Source: Staphylothermus marinus F1
GTDB lineage: Archaea > Thermoproteota > Thermoprotei_A > Sulfolobales > Desulfurococcaceae
Assembly (NCBI RefSeq): GCF_000015945.1
Contig: NC_009033.1
Span: 1,290,001 to 1,322,000, forward strand
Reading direction: 5' to 3'
Length of the DNA: 32,000 nt
Below are positions 24,777-32,000 of this stretch, in pieces (the stretch's first letter is position 1; each line of letters starts with the position of its first letter). A program made the position numbers and the translations under genes. The notes below the pieces were generated by a model. That model was not told the origin of the DNA. It ran no database searches and saw nothing but the letters and a program-made list of their open reading frames with translations.

Positions 24777-26183
24777 TTAGTTCTTTTCTTTCTTGACAGG
24801 GTGAATAGCATCTATTGGTGCAGATTTAAATACTTCTAGATACTTCCTCAACACCTTTGGAACAATAACTGTTCCATCTGGTTCCTGGAAGTTCTCAAGT
24901 ATTGCAGTAATTGTTCTAGTACTAGCTATCGCGGTACTATTAAGTGTATGGAGATATTCTTTAACCATTCCTTTCCTCCTTATAAGCCTTATTCTAAGTC
25001 TGAATGCTTGCCAATCAGTTACATTGCTACAACTAACCATTTCACGATACCTTCCCTGAGCAGGCATCCAAGCTTCTAAATCGTATTTCTTCGCTGCAGG
25101 CGCTCCTAAATCTCCACTAGCTATATTTACTATTCTATACGGTATACCTAAGCCTCGGAATAAATGTTCAGCATTGCTTATTAATTCCTCCATAATATCC
25201 CAGCTATCCTCAGGTTTTGCATATACGAATTGTTCAACCTTGTGGAATTGATGCACTCTAAAAATACCTTTTAGATCCCTATTACCCGCACCAGCTTCTT
25301 TTCTAAAACAGGGACTTATACCAACATATTTTAGTGGAAGTTCTTCCTCAGGGATATCTTCCCATGCATGAAGAGCTGCTAATGGATGTTCTGCAGTTGC
25401 AATTAAGTATAAGTCTTCCCCCTCAATCTTATATATGGCGTCTTTGAAAGTATCCATATCTATTACTCCCATCATAACCTTATGTCTCAACATATAGGGT
25501 GGTAATACTAATGTATAGCCCTTACTTGTTAAGTAATCGATCGCATAAGCTAGCAATGCCATATCTAGAAACACTATGTCGTTGAATAAATAATAGAACC
25601 TGCTTCCAGCAACTTGTCCAGCTTTAAAAGTATCTCCAAGCCTTAATACTTTTTCCAACATATCAGCGTGTCCTACAGGTTTCCAATCAATTACTTCATA
25701 TTCTACTTTGAAACCATATTTTTCTGTTTGCTCCTTAAATTGATCAATGAAACCTTTCCAAACTCTTGGTTTCCCCCAAAACCTTATGGGCACATTATAT
25801 GTATCGTCCGGACCCACAGGTACTGTTTCATGAACAATATTTGGTAGTGAAAATAGAAGTTTTTGTCTCTTCTCCTCTAATTCTTTCAATTTCTTCTCTA
25901 CTTCTTCGAGTTCTTTTAATAGTTGCTTTGCCTCCTTTATTTTCTTCTCCTTATCTACCCCCTTCAGCTTCGGTATTTCACGGCTTACAACATTATGTTT
26001 GTGTCTAAGCTCTTGTATATATGTAAGAGTTCTTCTCCACTCCAGATCAGTTTTATATGCTTCATCAACAATGCTTGGATCCATGAATCTTTTTTTAACA
26101 TGCTCCTTTAATTCCTCTGGTTTCTCCCGTAAAAGCTTAAGTATGCTCCAACTCAATGCTTCACACCCATCTTTACTATTCAT
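24777..26183 (-). CDS. serS: Seryl-tRNA synthetase
   Basis: It has an N-terminal coiled-coil arm rich in K/E. Class II motifs are '[10 protein letters not shown]', '[27 protein letters not shown]' and '[13 protein letters not shown]'. An alternative TTG start at 26156 gives the typical '(M)[10 protein letters not shown]' N-terminus. Confidence 0.93.
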   Translation of the reverse strand: MNSKDGCEALSWSILKLLREKPEELKEHVKKRFMDPSIVDEAYKTDLEWRRTLTYIQELRHKHNVVSREIPKLKGVDKEKKIKEAKQLLKELEEVEKKLKELEEKRQKLLFSLPNIVHETVPVGPDDTYNVPIRFWGKPRVWKGFIDQFKEQTEKYGFKVEYEVIDWKPVGHADMLEKVLRLGDTFKAGQVAGSRFYYLFNDIVFLDMALLAYAIDYLTSKGYTLVLPPYMLRHKVMMGVIDMDTFKDAIYKIEGEDLYLIATAEHPLAALHAWEDIPEEELPLKYVGISPCFRKEAGAGNRDLKGIFRVHQFHKVEQFVYAKPEDSWDIMEELISNAEHLFRGLGIPYRIVNIASGDLGAPAAKKYDLEAWMPAQGRYREMVSCSNVTDWQAFRLRIRLIRRKGMVKEYLHTLNSTAIASTRTITAILENFQEPDGTVIVPKVLRKYLEVFKSAPIDAIHPVKKEKN

Positions 26184-26247
26184 GAAATAAAATAATGTAA
26201 TAACATAAGTGTTTTCCTAGAATAGGGAATTTTTATTGAAGAATTCA

Positions 26248-26616
26248 TTATCCCTGTTGTGCTTTCTTATATTCTTCCACGATATCGTATCCGTAGCGTT
26301 CCTTGAATATTCTCCTACCCTTCTCAGTCATCATCAACGGTGTCCATGGTGGTTCCATTACTATTTCAATATCAGCTTCTATACCTAGTTTTCTCTTCAA
26401 TTCATCGACAACCATCATCGGCAACATATTTGCTAATGGACAGAAAGGAGTAGTTAGAGTCATCTTTATTTTAACATGTTTCTCATCTATAATGTCTATT
26501 CCATAAATCATACCGAGATTATATACGTCAATCCCTATTTCAGGATCAGCAATGGTTTCAAGAACAGCTATAATCTTCTTTTTCAGCTCTTCTTTCTCCT
26601 TCCCATCCATATTCAA
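26248..26616 (-). CDS. DUF59/MIP18-family Fe-S cluster assembly protein (SufT-like)
   Basis: 'IADPEIGIDVYNLGMIYGIDI' and the conserved 'TLTTPFCPLANM' are typical of DUF59. The size of 122 aa fits. Confidence 0.8.
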   Translation of the reverse strand: MNMDGKEKEELKKKIIAVLETIADPEIGIDVYNLGMIYGIDIIDEKHVKIKMTLTTPFCPLANMLPMMVVDELKRKLGIEADIEIVMEPPWTPLMMTEKGRRIFKERYGYDIVEEYKKAQQG

Positions 26617-26645
26617 ACACCACTATCAAGAATCAAATAGGATGC

Positions 26646-26708
26646 GGGGGACAAGTCCCCCCAAGTCATCCAATACCCCCTATGGACGGGGGCGTCAAAC
26701 TTGGGGGG
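26646..26708 (-). ncRNA. GC-rich structured element (leader or small RNA) with alternative hairpins upstream of the DUF59 gene
   Basis: A 10-bp helix (26657-26666/26699-26708) encloses a 5-bp hairpin (26676-26680/26688-26692). A competing 6-bp hairpin (26646-26651/26656-26661) uses the same C-run. A TATA-like aataattatt lies ~20-25 nt upstream on the minus strand. Confidence 0.4.
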
Positions 26709-26783
26709 CGGCGCGCATGTATGAATAATTATTGTTTAAGGGTTAATAATTAATTTCCCTATGTTTTACTAAAAACAATGTTA

Positions 26784-27122
26784 CTATATGAATCTTAGGA
26801 AGCTTCTAAGCCTTGATTTCTTATTCTTGGATTCATTTTCTTTCTCAGTACCATAAACTGTTCTTCTCAGATATAATGCCCATGCTTCAGAATCTGAAAC
26901 TCTTGAATACTTTAGTGCTAGATTATATAATACATCAATTTGATCCGGGGAAGCATAGTCTAATGGTATGCCTTCTCTATTGTTTTTCTCCCATAGCTCA
27001 TAGATTTTATCCAGTATCTCTACAACAAGGGGGTCTGAGTAGAACGCTATTTTTCTCCCATTCTGCTTGCTATCATCTATTAATCTTATTATTTCATTTT
27101 TCTTTTTCTCTAATGAATTCAA
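26784..27122 (-). CDS. Hypothetical protein (~112 aa)
   Basis: The ORF has no ATG. TTG 27122 sits 8 nt behind GGAGGAG and 4 nt after the upstream stop, while the ORF opens at TTG 27149. The sequence is helical with a basic tail. Confidence 0.5.
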   Translation of the reverse strand: MNSLEKKKNEIIRLIDDSKQNGRKIAFYSDPLVVEILDKIYELWEKNNREGIPLDYASPDQIDVLYNLALKYSRVSDSEAWALYLRRTVYGTEKENESKNKKSRLRSFLRFI

Positions 27123-27126
27123 CTGA

Positions 27127-28119
27127 TTACTCCTCCAATGTTTCTTCAAATAATAGTTTTCCTAATCCCCCCTGTTTAATCTTCTCCAAAGCCCAACCGA
27201 ATCTCTCAAGTAGTACAAGGATAGCTGATTGAGGAGGAATAACTCCTTGCTCAGTAATTATTGCATCAATATATTCTGGCGGGGTAACATCGAATGCTGG
27301 ATTCAATACCTCTACATTTCTATGCTTATCTATCCATTCCTGCGGAACTATCTCTGTTGGAGACCTATACTCTATTGGTACTAGTTCTCCTATCAATGTA
27401 GCTGGTGAAAACTTATATGTTTCCGCTGCCACAAAAACTCTTACACGTGCTTCGTGAGCCGCTAACGCTACTTGGCTAGTTCCAATCTTATTAACAACAG
27501 CTCCATTACTAGCAATGGTATCTGCACCGACAACAACTTGGTCAACTTCGTTCATAATATATCTCACAGCACTATCAGGGATCTGAATAACCGGCACACC
27601 ATGCTCAGATAAGTGCTTATAAGTTATTCGTCCCTGATAAAACGGCCTAGTCTCCGTACTATAGACTTTCACAATTTTTCCCATCTTATAAGCTGTAATT
27701 ATTACTGATGCTGCAGCTGTGCTGTGACAATGAGTTAGAACAACAGCGTTATCCTTAATCCTCCTAGCACCGATCTCACCTATTTTCTTAATAGCATTCA
27801 GGCTTTCCTCAATAAATTTCTCAGCCGCATTAACAACAGCTTCTCTAAGCTCTTCCACATTTCCTGAAGCTCTACTTAAATTATACATTACATATATTAC
27901 AGCGTTTGGTAAACTAACCGCTGTAGGCCTTGTCGAGATTACTAGGTTAGCTATTCTAGACATATATTTTCGGAACTCCTCGGGATCGTTTGAGCCTTTA
28001 TAGTTTTCAGCCGCTATCTTCAATGCTTCAGCGGCAGCTCTAGCAATTTTACCAGCACCACGTATCCTCATAGTTTTTATTCCTTCAGCTATTTCTAATA
28101 CCTTAGATGGTATCTCCAT
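27127..28119 (-). CDS. eIF-2B alpha/beta/delta-family protein, ribose-1,5-bisphosphate isomerase type
   Basis: It is collinear with the Thermococcus enzyme as I recall it: 'IRGAGKIARAAA', 'TRPTAVSLPNA', 'VVLTHCHSTAA' (catalytic Cys context), 'TETRPFYQGR', 'VVVGADTIASNGAVVNKIGT' (catalytic Asp context) and 'NPAFDVTPPEYIDAIITE'. Confidence 0.75.
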   Translation of the reverse strand: MEIPSKVLEIAEGIKTMRIRGAGKIARAAAEALKIAAENYKGSNDPEEFRKYMSRIANLVISTRPTAVSLPNAVIYVMYNLSRASGNVEELREAVVNAAEKFIEESLNAIKKIGEIGARRIKDNAVVLTHCHSTAAASVIITAYKMGKIVKVYSTETRPFYQGRITYKHLSEHGVPVIQIPDSAVRYIMNEVDQVVVGADTIASNGAVVNKIGTSQVALAAHEARVRVFVAAETYKFSPATLIGELVPIEYRSPTEIVPQEWIDKHRNVEVLNPAFDVTPPEYIDAIITEQGVIPPQSAILVLLERFGWALEKIKQGGLGKLLFEETLEE

Positions 28120-28125
28120 AATTCC

Positions 28126-29058
28126 TCACCTCATCTTCTCCAATATTTCTTCAATACTAGGTATAGGAGGCGGGAAGCCGCCGTAAACCTGTCTAAGAAT
28201 AACAGGTACAGCTTGGGGAGCGAATAAACCATACTCAGTCGCTATAGCATCTATATAATTTGGCGGTGTTACATCGTATATGGGTGCTCTAGCATTATAG
28301 TTTTCTGGAAGAGTCTTACGGACTTCTTCATTCATCAAACTCCTCCAATCACCTTCCGGAAGTTCAATTAGTTCTCCATGTATTGTTTCATAGCTGAACT
28401 TGTAGAGAGGGGCAACTGCAAAGACTCTAACACGTGCTTCATTAGCTGTTAAGCAAAGTATACTTGTACCAATCTTTCCAACTAGAGCTCCATTAACAGC
28501 AATTGCTTCTGCTCCAATGAAAACTTTATCAACATTTTTCATGAAGAAACGAGCTGCTGAATCAACTATTAAATATGTTTTAACCCCAAGATCATCTAGA
28601 TAAGAAGCTGTCTCCAATCCTTCCATGCCAGGCCTAGATTCTAAAACATACACACTATACTTAATGCCTTCGTCAACGAGGATCTTAAACATTCTCCTAA
28701 CACATAAACTGTTACTAATAGTCATCAATACTTCTCCATCAACTACTCTCTTAGCAGCAATATTTGCTGCATCCCAGCAAGCCTTATCATATTTCTCACG
28801 TAGCTCCAAGATTTTTTCCTTTAACCCCACAAATTCATTCTCAACAAAATGATGCCCTATTTCTCTCAAAAGATTCCATGAAGCCATACTTGCAGGTCTT
28901 TCTCTCTCTAAACTATTAACAATGCTTTTATAGGATTTAACAAATCCTTCACGATCACCTCGCTCAACAATATTGAGCAGTCTATTAATAATTGTAAAAG
29001 CATATTCTGTACCAGTTGATCGCTTTGCATAACCATGTTTTAAAAGCTCTTCAAACAA
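28126..29058 (-). CDS. eIF-2B-family paralogue lacking the isomerase Cys/Asp pair (regulatory-type aIF-2B subunit-like)
   Basis: It has the same fold motifs ('ERPASMASWN', 'LESRPGMEG', 'APIYDVTPPNYIDAIATE'). However, it reads 'VLMTISNSLC' in place of THCHS and 'VFIGAEAIAVNGALVGKIGT' in place of GAD. It has a TTG start, and its stop lies 6 nt before the next ATG. Confidence 0.7.
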   Translation of the reverse strand: MFEELLKHGYAKRSTGTEYAFTIINRLLNIVERGDREGFVKSYKSIVNSLERERPASMASWNLLREIGHHFVENEFVGLKEKILELREKYDKACWDAANIAAKRVVDGEVLMTISNSLCVRRMFKILVDEGIKYSVYVLESRPGMEGLETASYLDDLGVKTYLIVDSAARFFMKNVDKVFIGAEAIAVNGALVGKIGTSILCLTANEARVRVFAVAPLYKFSYETIHGELIELPEGDWRSLMNEEVRKTLPENYNARAPIYDVTPPNYIDAIATEYGLFAPQAVPVILRQVYGGFPPPIPSIEEILEKMR

Positions 29059-29094
29059 CTAGTGAACCACCACACTTATCTTTATATAATTTAT

Positions 29095-29985
29095 TTAAAT
29101 ACTCCTGGTAATAAACTCGGCGATATTATCGAAAACAGCTCTATATTTTTCTGAGTATAGTTTTAATGGAATATCATATTTTTCTAAAGGCTTACCAAGT
29201 ACTTCGAAAATATTTGATAACTTAACACTCCACGGATAACCTCTATAAGCAGAAACCAATACTGCCTTTTTAAATCTATCACCCTCATAAATTAATGCTT
29301 TACCGGGAGAAACAATGAATACATAGTCGGAATCCAGAGAACCCATTGTCGGTGCTGCTGCATCATTGTAGCTTTCTATCAATAATACACTATACTTATC
29401 TAGGAAAACAAGGTTTTCATCAATGGTTTTATATATTTGTGGGTTCTCAAGGAATTTTTCTACAAACAACGTATTTGCTTCGATAAATAATGCATTATCT
29501 CGTTTCAAGGAATTAATTAGATTCTCAAAGGTTTCTCTTAGATCATTAGTGAGTTTTTCAACAGTATCCCTACAAATTATGTATAAGTGCTGATTAACTA
29601 GTTTATGGTTTTGGATAAAGTTTCGAGTATATCTTATTAAAACAGTTATTTTTGATGTTGATGACATATGCTCCATATAGCTCCTGCTACTATAAACCTT
29701 ACCTAACGGGTCTATTGGGAAAGTTAGAATGTCTAGTGGAGAAATGATTGGTAATAAATTTATGAGACCAAGTTTTTCAGCAACAATATATGCATCGTGA
29801 CCTATAAGTAATCCAGTATTATTTGAATATATTAGGGTTTCATATTGATACCATCCATTATGCCCAGCCAATGGTTTAAAATAACCTATATCAAATCCTA
29901 GCTCCTTCAAAGACTCGCTTAAACCCAAAACAAACTCGGTTTTCCCAGAGTCATAGGGTAAAAGACCTGTTATAAGGATCCTCAT
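29095..29985 (-). CDS. Dethiobiotin-synthetase-like (BioD/Pta-N-type) P-loop protein, function unknown
   Basis: 'MRILITGLLPYDSGKTEFVLGLSESLKELGFDIGYFKPL' resembles the BioD-type N-terminus (TG....GKT ... G.FKP). ATG 29985 lies behind GGTGA, while the ORF opens at ATG 30042. Confidence 0.45.
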   Translation of the reverse strand: MRILITGLLPYDSGKTEFVLGLSESLKELGFDIGYFKPLAGHNGWYQYETLIYSNNTGLLIGHDAYIVAEKLGLINLLPIISPLDILTFPIDPLGKVYSSRSYMEHMSSTSKITVLIRYTRNFIQNHKLVNQHLYIICRDTVEKLTNDLRETFENLINSLKRDNALFIEANTLFVEKFLENPQIYKTIDENLVFLDKYSVLLIESYNDAAAPTMGSLDSDYVFIVSPGKALIYEGDRFKKAVLVSAYRGYPWSVKLSNIFEVLGKPLEKYDIPLKLYSEKYRAVFDNIAEFITRSI

Positions 29986-30124
29986 TAAGCGCTCACCATT
30001 TAAAATTATACAATACTCGTCTAGTTTAATTTGTAATCTCATGGTTTCTGGATAAATGTTATTAAATATAACCCTCTATTTTTATTGTCTATGAGTAATC
30101 GATGAAGAATGTGTGGTGTAGGCT

Positions 30125-31849
30125 ATGAATAAGAAATACGTGATGATAGCTATAATAACTATGTTGTTAATCCAATTAATAACACCTATTACAACAATTA
30201 CTTATTCACAGCAACCAACGTATCTAAGGTTTCTATTTCTATATGTGCCGGGATTCTCTCTCGAAAAAGCTGTTAATGTTTCTTCATTGAAGTACTTGGA
30301 GAATGCCACTTTTAAAGCATACATAAATCCAATACCACCATATACGTTATCATATAATGAAATAGTTCTAGTTAATAATTCATGGGATCTATCAAAAGCT
30401 ATTGTGTTAGATAACAATACAGCATTACTTCCAAACAATACCTATACTCAACTATATAAGCTAGTACCTAAACAAGTATTAACCAATTTATGGGGAACAC
30501 TTGATACAATGTTTCTAGGCTTATCCTCCATTGATCCACGAGTTCATAGTAGAACAATGAATCCATATTTTAACGAGACAAATAAAATAATAGAGCCTGC
30601 AATCTTCATCATACCAATTAATGGAACAACTATATGGGACCAATTAAATACAACAATAAAATTATCAGTGTCAAGCCAATACTTCGTCTTATCTATTGAA
30701 AACTATGTGGATGGAATAAAGTTTAGTAAGGAAACAAATGTTACTCCAATATTAAAGTTTAATATAACTAATGAAAAATTATCAGTCGAGCCTGGAATAT
30801 ATTATCTTAGATTTAGAGTTTTAAAAATGAACAGTACACATGTTATACTATTTACTCCTGGAACAAGAAAAGCCGATCAATGGTTCTCAGAATACTTTGA
30901 GAAGTTTGATAGACCTGTTGTTCCGAGAATACCGTTTAAATATACTAGGTATATGGATGAAGATGATCTAGAATGGCTTGTAAATGAAGTAATCAACTTC
31001 TATAAGTCCATGTTAACAACAGCATATAAATATAGATCGGCGACAATAAACTTTGTAGAATATCCCCTAATCTATGATTTATGGACTGGATATATACACG
31101 GCTATATTAATTGGGAACAGCTAAGTAAACTTGAGGAACTAGCATATAATGGTTTGTCCGAAATAATAAATACTACGAAGAACATGATCAATGAAAACAT
31201 TACCACAATAATATATTCTCCCTTCACAATCAATAACCACGAAGAGAACTTATCAATACAGGGACTAAGATATGTTGAGCCAGGACTCTATTTTGTTGAA
31301 GGAGATGAAACCAGTGTTTTATCGGAGCTAATTAGTAGAAACATATCTTATACAACAATGTCCTTCGGCGATAAAAAACTAGTATTGATTAATAACCCGG
31401 GATACTATGGTGTCAGCAAAGGAGAACTAATAGTATATGGTAAAGAATTGAGAAAAATACTATCAACATTTACATTGCAACCAACTAATGTAGCATCATT
31501 TATATTATCACTAGTTAGAGGATACGGTGTTGGATTATCTAATGCTATAAATGAGATCTCCTTTATCAATCTAAAAATACAGAGCTTAAACGATGAAATA
31601 AGTAATTTACAGAAAAAGTTGAGCACACTTAACCAGACATTATTCAATGTTAACCAATCTCTTGGGAAATACAGAGCAGAAAATATCAACCTCACAGATC
31701 AAATTAGCAGTTATAAAGCAAAGATTAATGAGTATAGACAGAGAGAACAACAAGCACTACTATATGCAACTATAGGAAGCATAAGTGTTCTAGTTATAGT
31801 TATATTGCTATATATTATCGCGACAAGAGGGATCACTAAGAAGCGCTAA
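30125..31849 (+). CDS. Surface-exposed N-glycoprotein with an N-terminal signal/TM segment, C-terminal coiled coil and TM anchor
   Basis: The N-terminal hydrophobic segment is 'VMIAIITMLLIQLITPI'. I count about 18 N-x-S/T sequons by eye. A heptad-like segment 'LKIQSLNDEISNLQKKLSTLNQTL...YKAKINEYRQREQQ' is followed by the TM helix 'LLYATIGSISVLVIVILLYIIA' and the basic tail 'TRGITKKR'. Confidence 0.7.
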   Translation: MNKKYVMIAIITMLLIQLITPITTITYSQQPTYLRFLFLYVPGFSLEKAVNVSSLKYLENATFKAYINPIPPYTLSYNEIVLVNNSWDLSKAIVLDNNTALLPNNTYTQLYKLVPKQVLTNLWGTLDTMFLGLSSIDPRVHSRTMNPYFNETNKIIEPAIFIIPINGTTIWDQLNTTIKLSVSSQYFVLSIENYVDGIKFSKETNVTPILKFNITNEKLSVEPGIYYLRFRVLKMNSTHVILFTPGTRKADQWFSEYFEKFDRPVVPRIPFKYTRYMDEDDLEWLVNEVINFYKSMLTTAYKYRSATINFVEYPLIYDLWTGYIHGYINWEQLSKLEELAYNGLSEIINTTKNMINENITTIIYSPFTINNHEENLSIQGLRYVEPGLYFVEGDETSVLSELISRNISYTTMSFGDKKLVLINNPGYYGVSKGELIVYGKELRKILSTFTLQPTNVASFILSLVRGYGVGLSNAINEISFINLKIQSLNDEISNLQKKLSTLNQTLFNVNQSLGKYRAENINLTDQISSYKAKINEYRQREQQALLYATIGSISVLVIVILLYIIATRGITKKR

Positions 31850-31929
31850 TTAAAAACATTCTAAGATAATAATATAAATAATCTAACGCATTTTCTAAAC
31901 CAATACTTCTAATCCAGAAATAATACATT

Positions 31930-32000
31930 ATGAAAGACAAAATAATAAATAAAGTATTGCCAACTAGGCTAGAGCTTTTAAAGATAGGTATTCTTAAGCG
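31930..32000 (+). CDS. 5' fragment of a gene resembling A/V-type ATP synthase subunit D (truncated by the window end)
   Basis: It translates as MKDKIINKVLPTRLELLKIGILK. The 'KVLPT(R/K)..L' N-terminus is characteristic of archaeal AtpD. Only 23 codons are visible. Confidence 0.35.
   Translation, partial: MKDKIINKVLPTRLELLKIGILK

Noticed and set aside
427-31695. Numerous 60-140-aa antisense or out-of-frame ORFs nested in long CDSs. Examples are 427-696, 896-1183, 3110-3385, 4934-5149, 6425-6652, 7450-7719, 7596-7814, 7804-8094, 10645-11328, 15023-15241, 16802-17032, 20316-20669, 21243-21668, 25766-26190, 26303-26506, 26813-27232, 28625-28852, 30202-30438 and 31405-31695.
   Set aside because: Each lies wholly within a longer ORF that has recognisable family motifs on the other strand or frame. 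Their translations are low-complexity, and no motif or RBS supports them.
1-32000. CRISPR arrays, transposases/IS elements, integrases, tRNA and rRNA genes
   Set aside because: I found no regularly spaced direct repeats, no DDE or tyrosine-recombinase-like ORFs, and no terminal inverted repeats bracketing ORFs. No GC-rich segment has tRNA or rRNA features.

Overview
AT-rich, gene-dense archaeal chromosomal window. By inference it comes from a hyperthermophilic crenarchaeon of the Desulfurococcales/Staphylothermus type. Supporting traits are a Thr-linker/C-terminally anchored solute-binding protein, an archaeal HMG-CoA synthase + DUF35 pair, aIF-2B-family genes, an Lhr helicase, frequent TTG/GTG starts, 1-23 nt gene overlaps and GGTG/GGAGG ribosome-binding sites. 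I support about 33 CDS, mostly housekeeping: the binding protein and two permeases of an Opp/Dpp-type ABC importer, mevalonate-pathway genes, a radical SAM protein, an aminotransferase, Lhr, a processive GT2 synthase, a TldD-PmbA-MBL operon, a PfkB kinase, SerRS, a DUF59 Fe-S protein, two eIF-2B-family paralogues, a surface glycoprotein, and the first codons of an A-type ATPase subunit D-like gene. No CRISPR array, transposase, tRNA or rRNA was found. Five signals stand out. (1) A full-length but catalytically degenerate HMG-CoA reductase paralogue is translationally coupled to HMGCS/DUF35, and no thiolase is present. (2) A ~270-nt set of perfectly nested GC-rich helices around an AT-rich core lies in a convergent intergenic spacer (23944-24210) and matches no RNA class I can recognise. 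(3) A GC-rich element with mutually exclusive hairpins lies upstream of the DUF59 gene (26646-26708). (4) A C/D box sRNA with canonical 12-nt spacing lies on the minus strand (22534-22583). (5) Enzyme-fold proteins that have lost catalytic residues recur: HMGR-like, MDR-like, eIF-2B-like and Trx-like. A block of five small uncharacterised genes behind a 300-bp ORF-free AT-rich spacer (12300-14656) is the least explicable coding region. All functional calls rest on motif and architecture recognition by eye. No database search was run.
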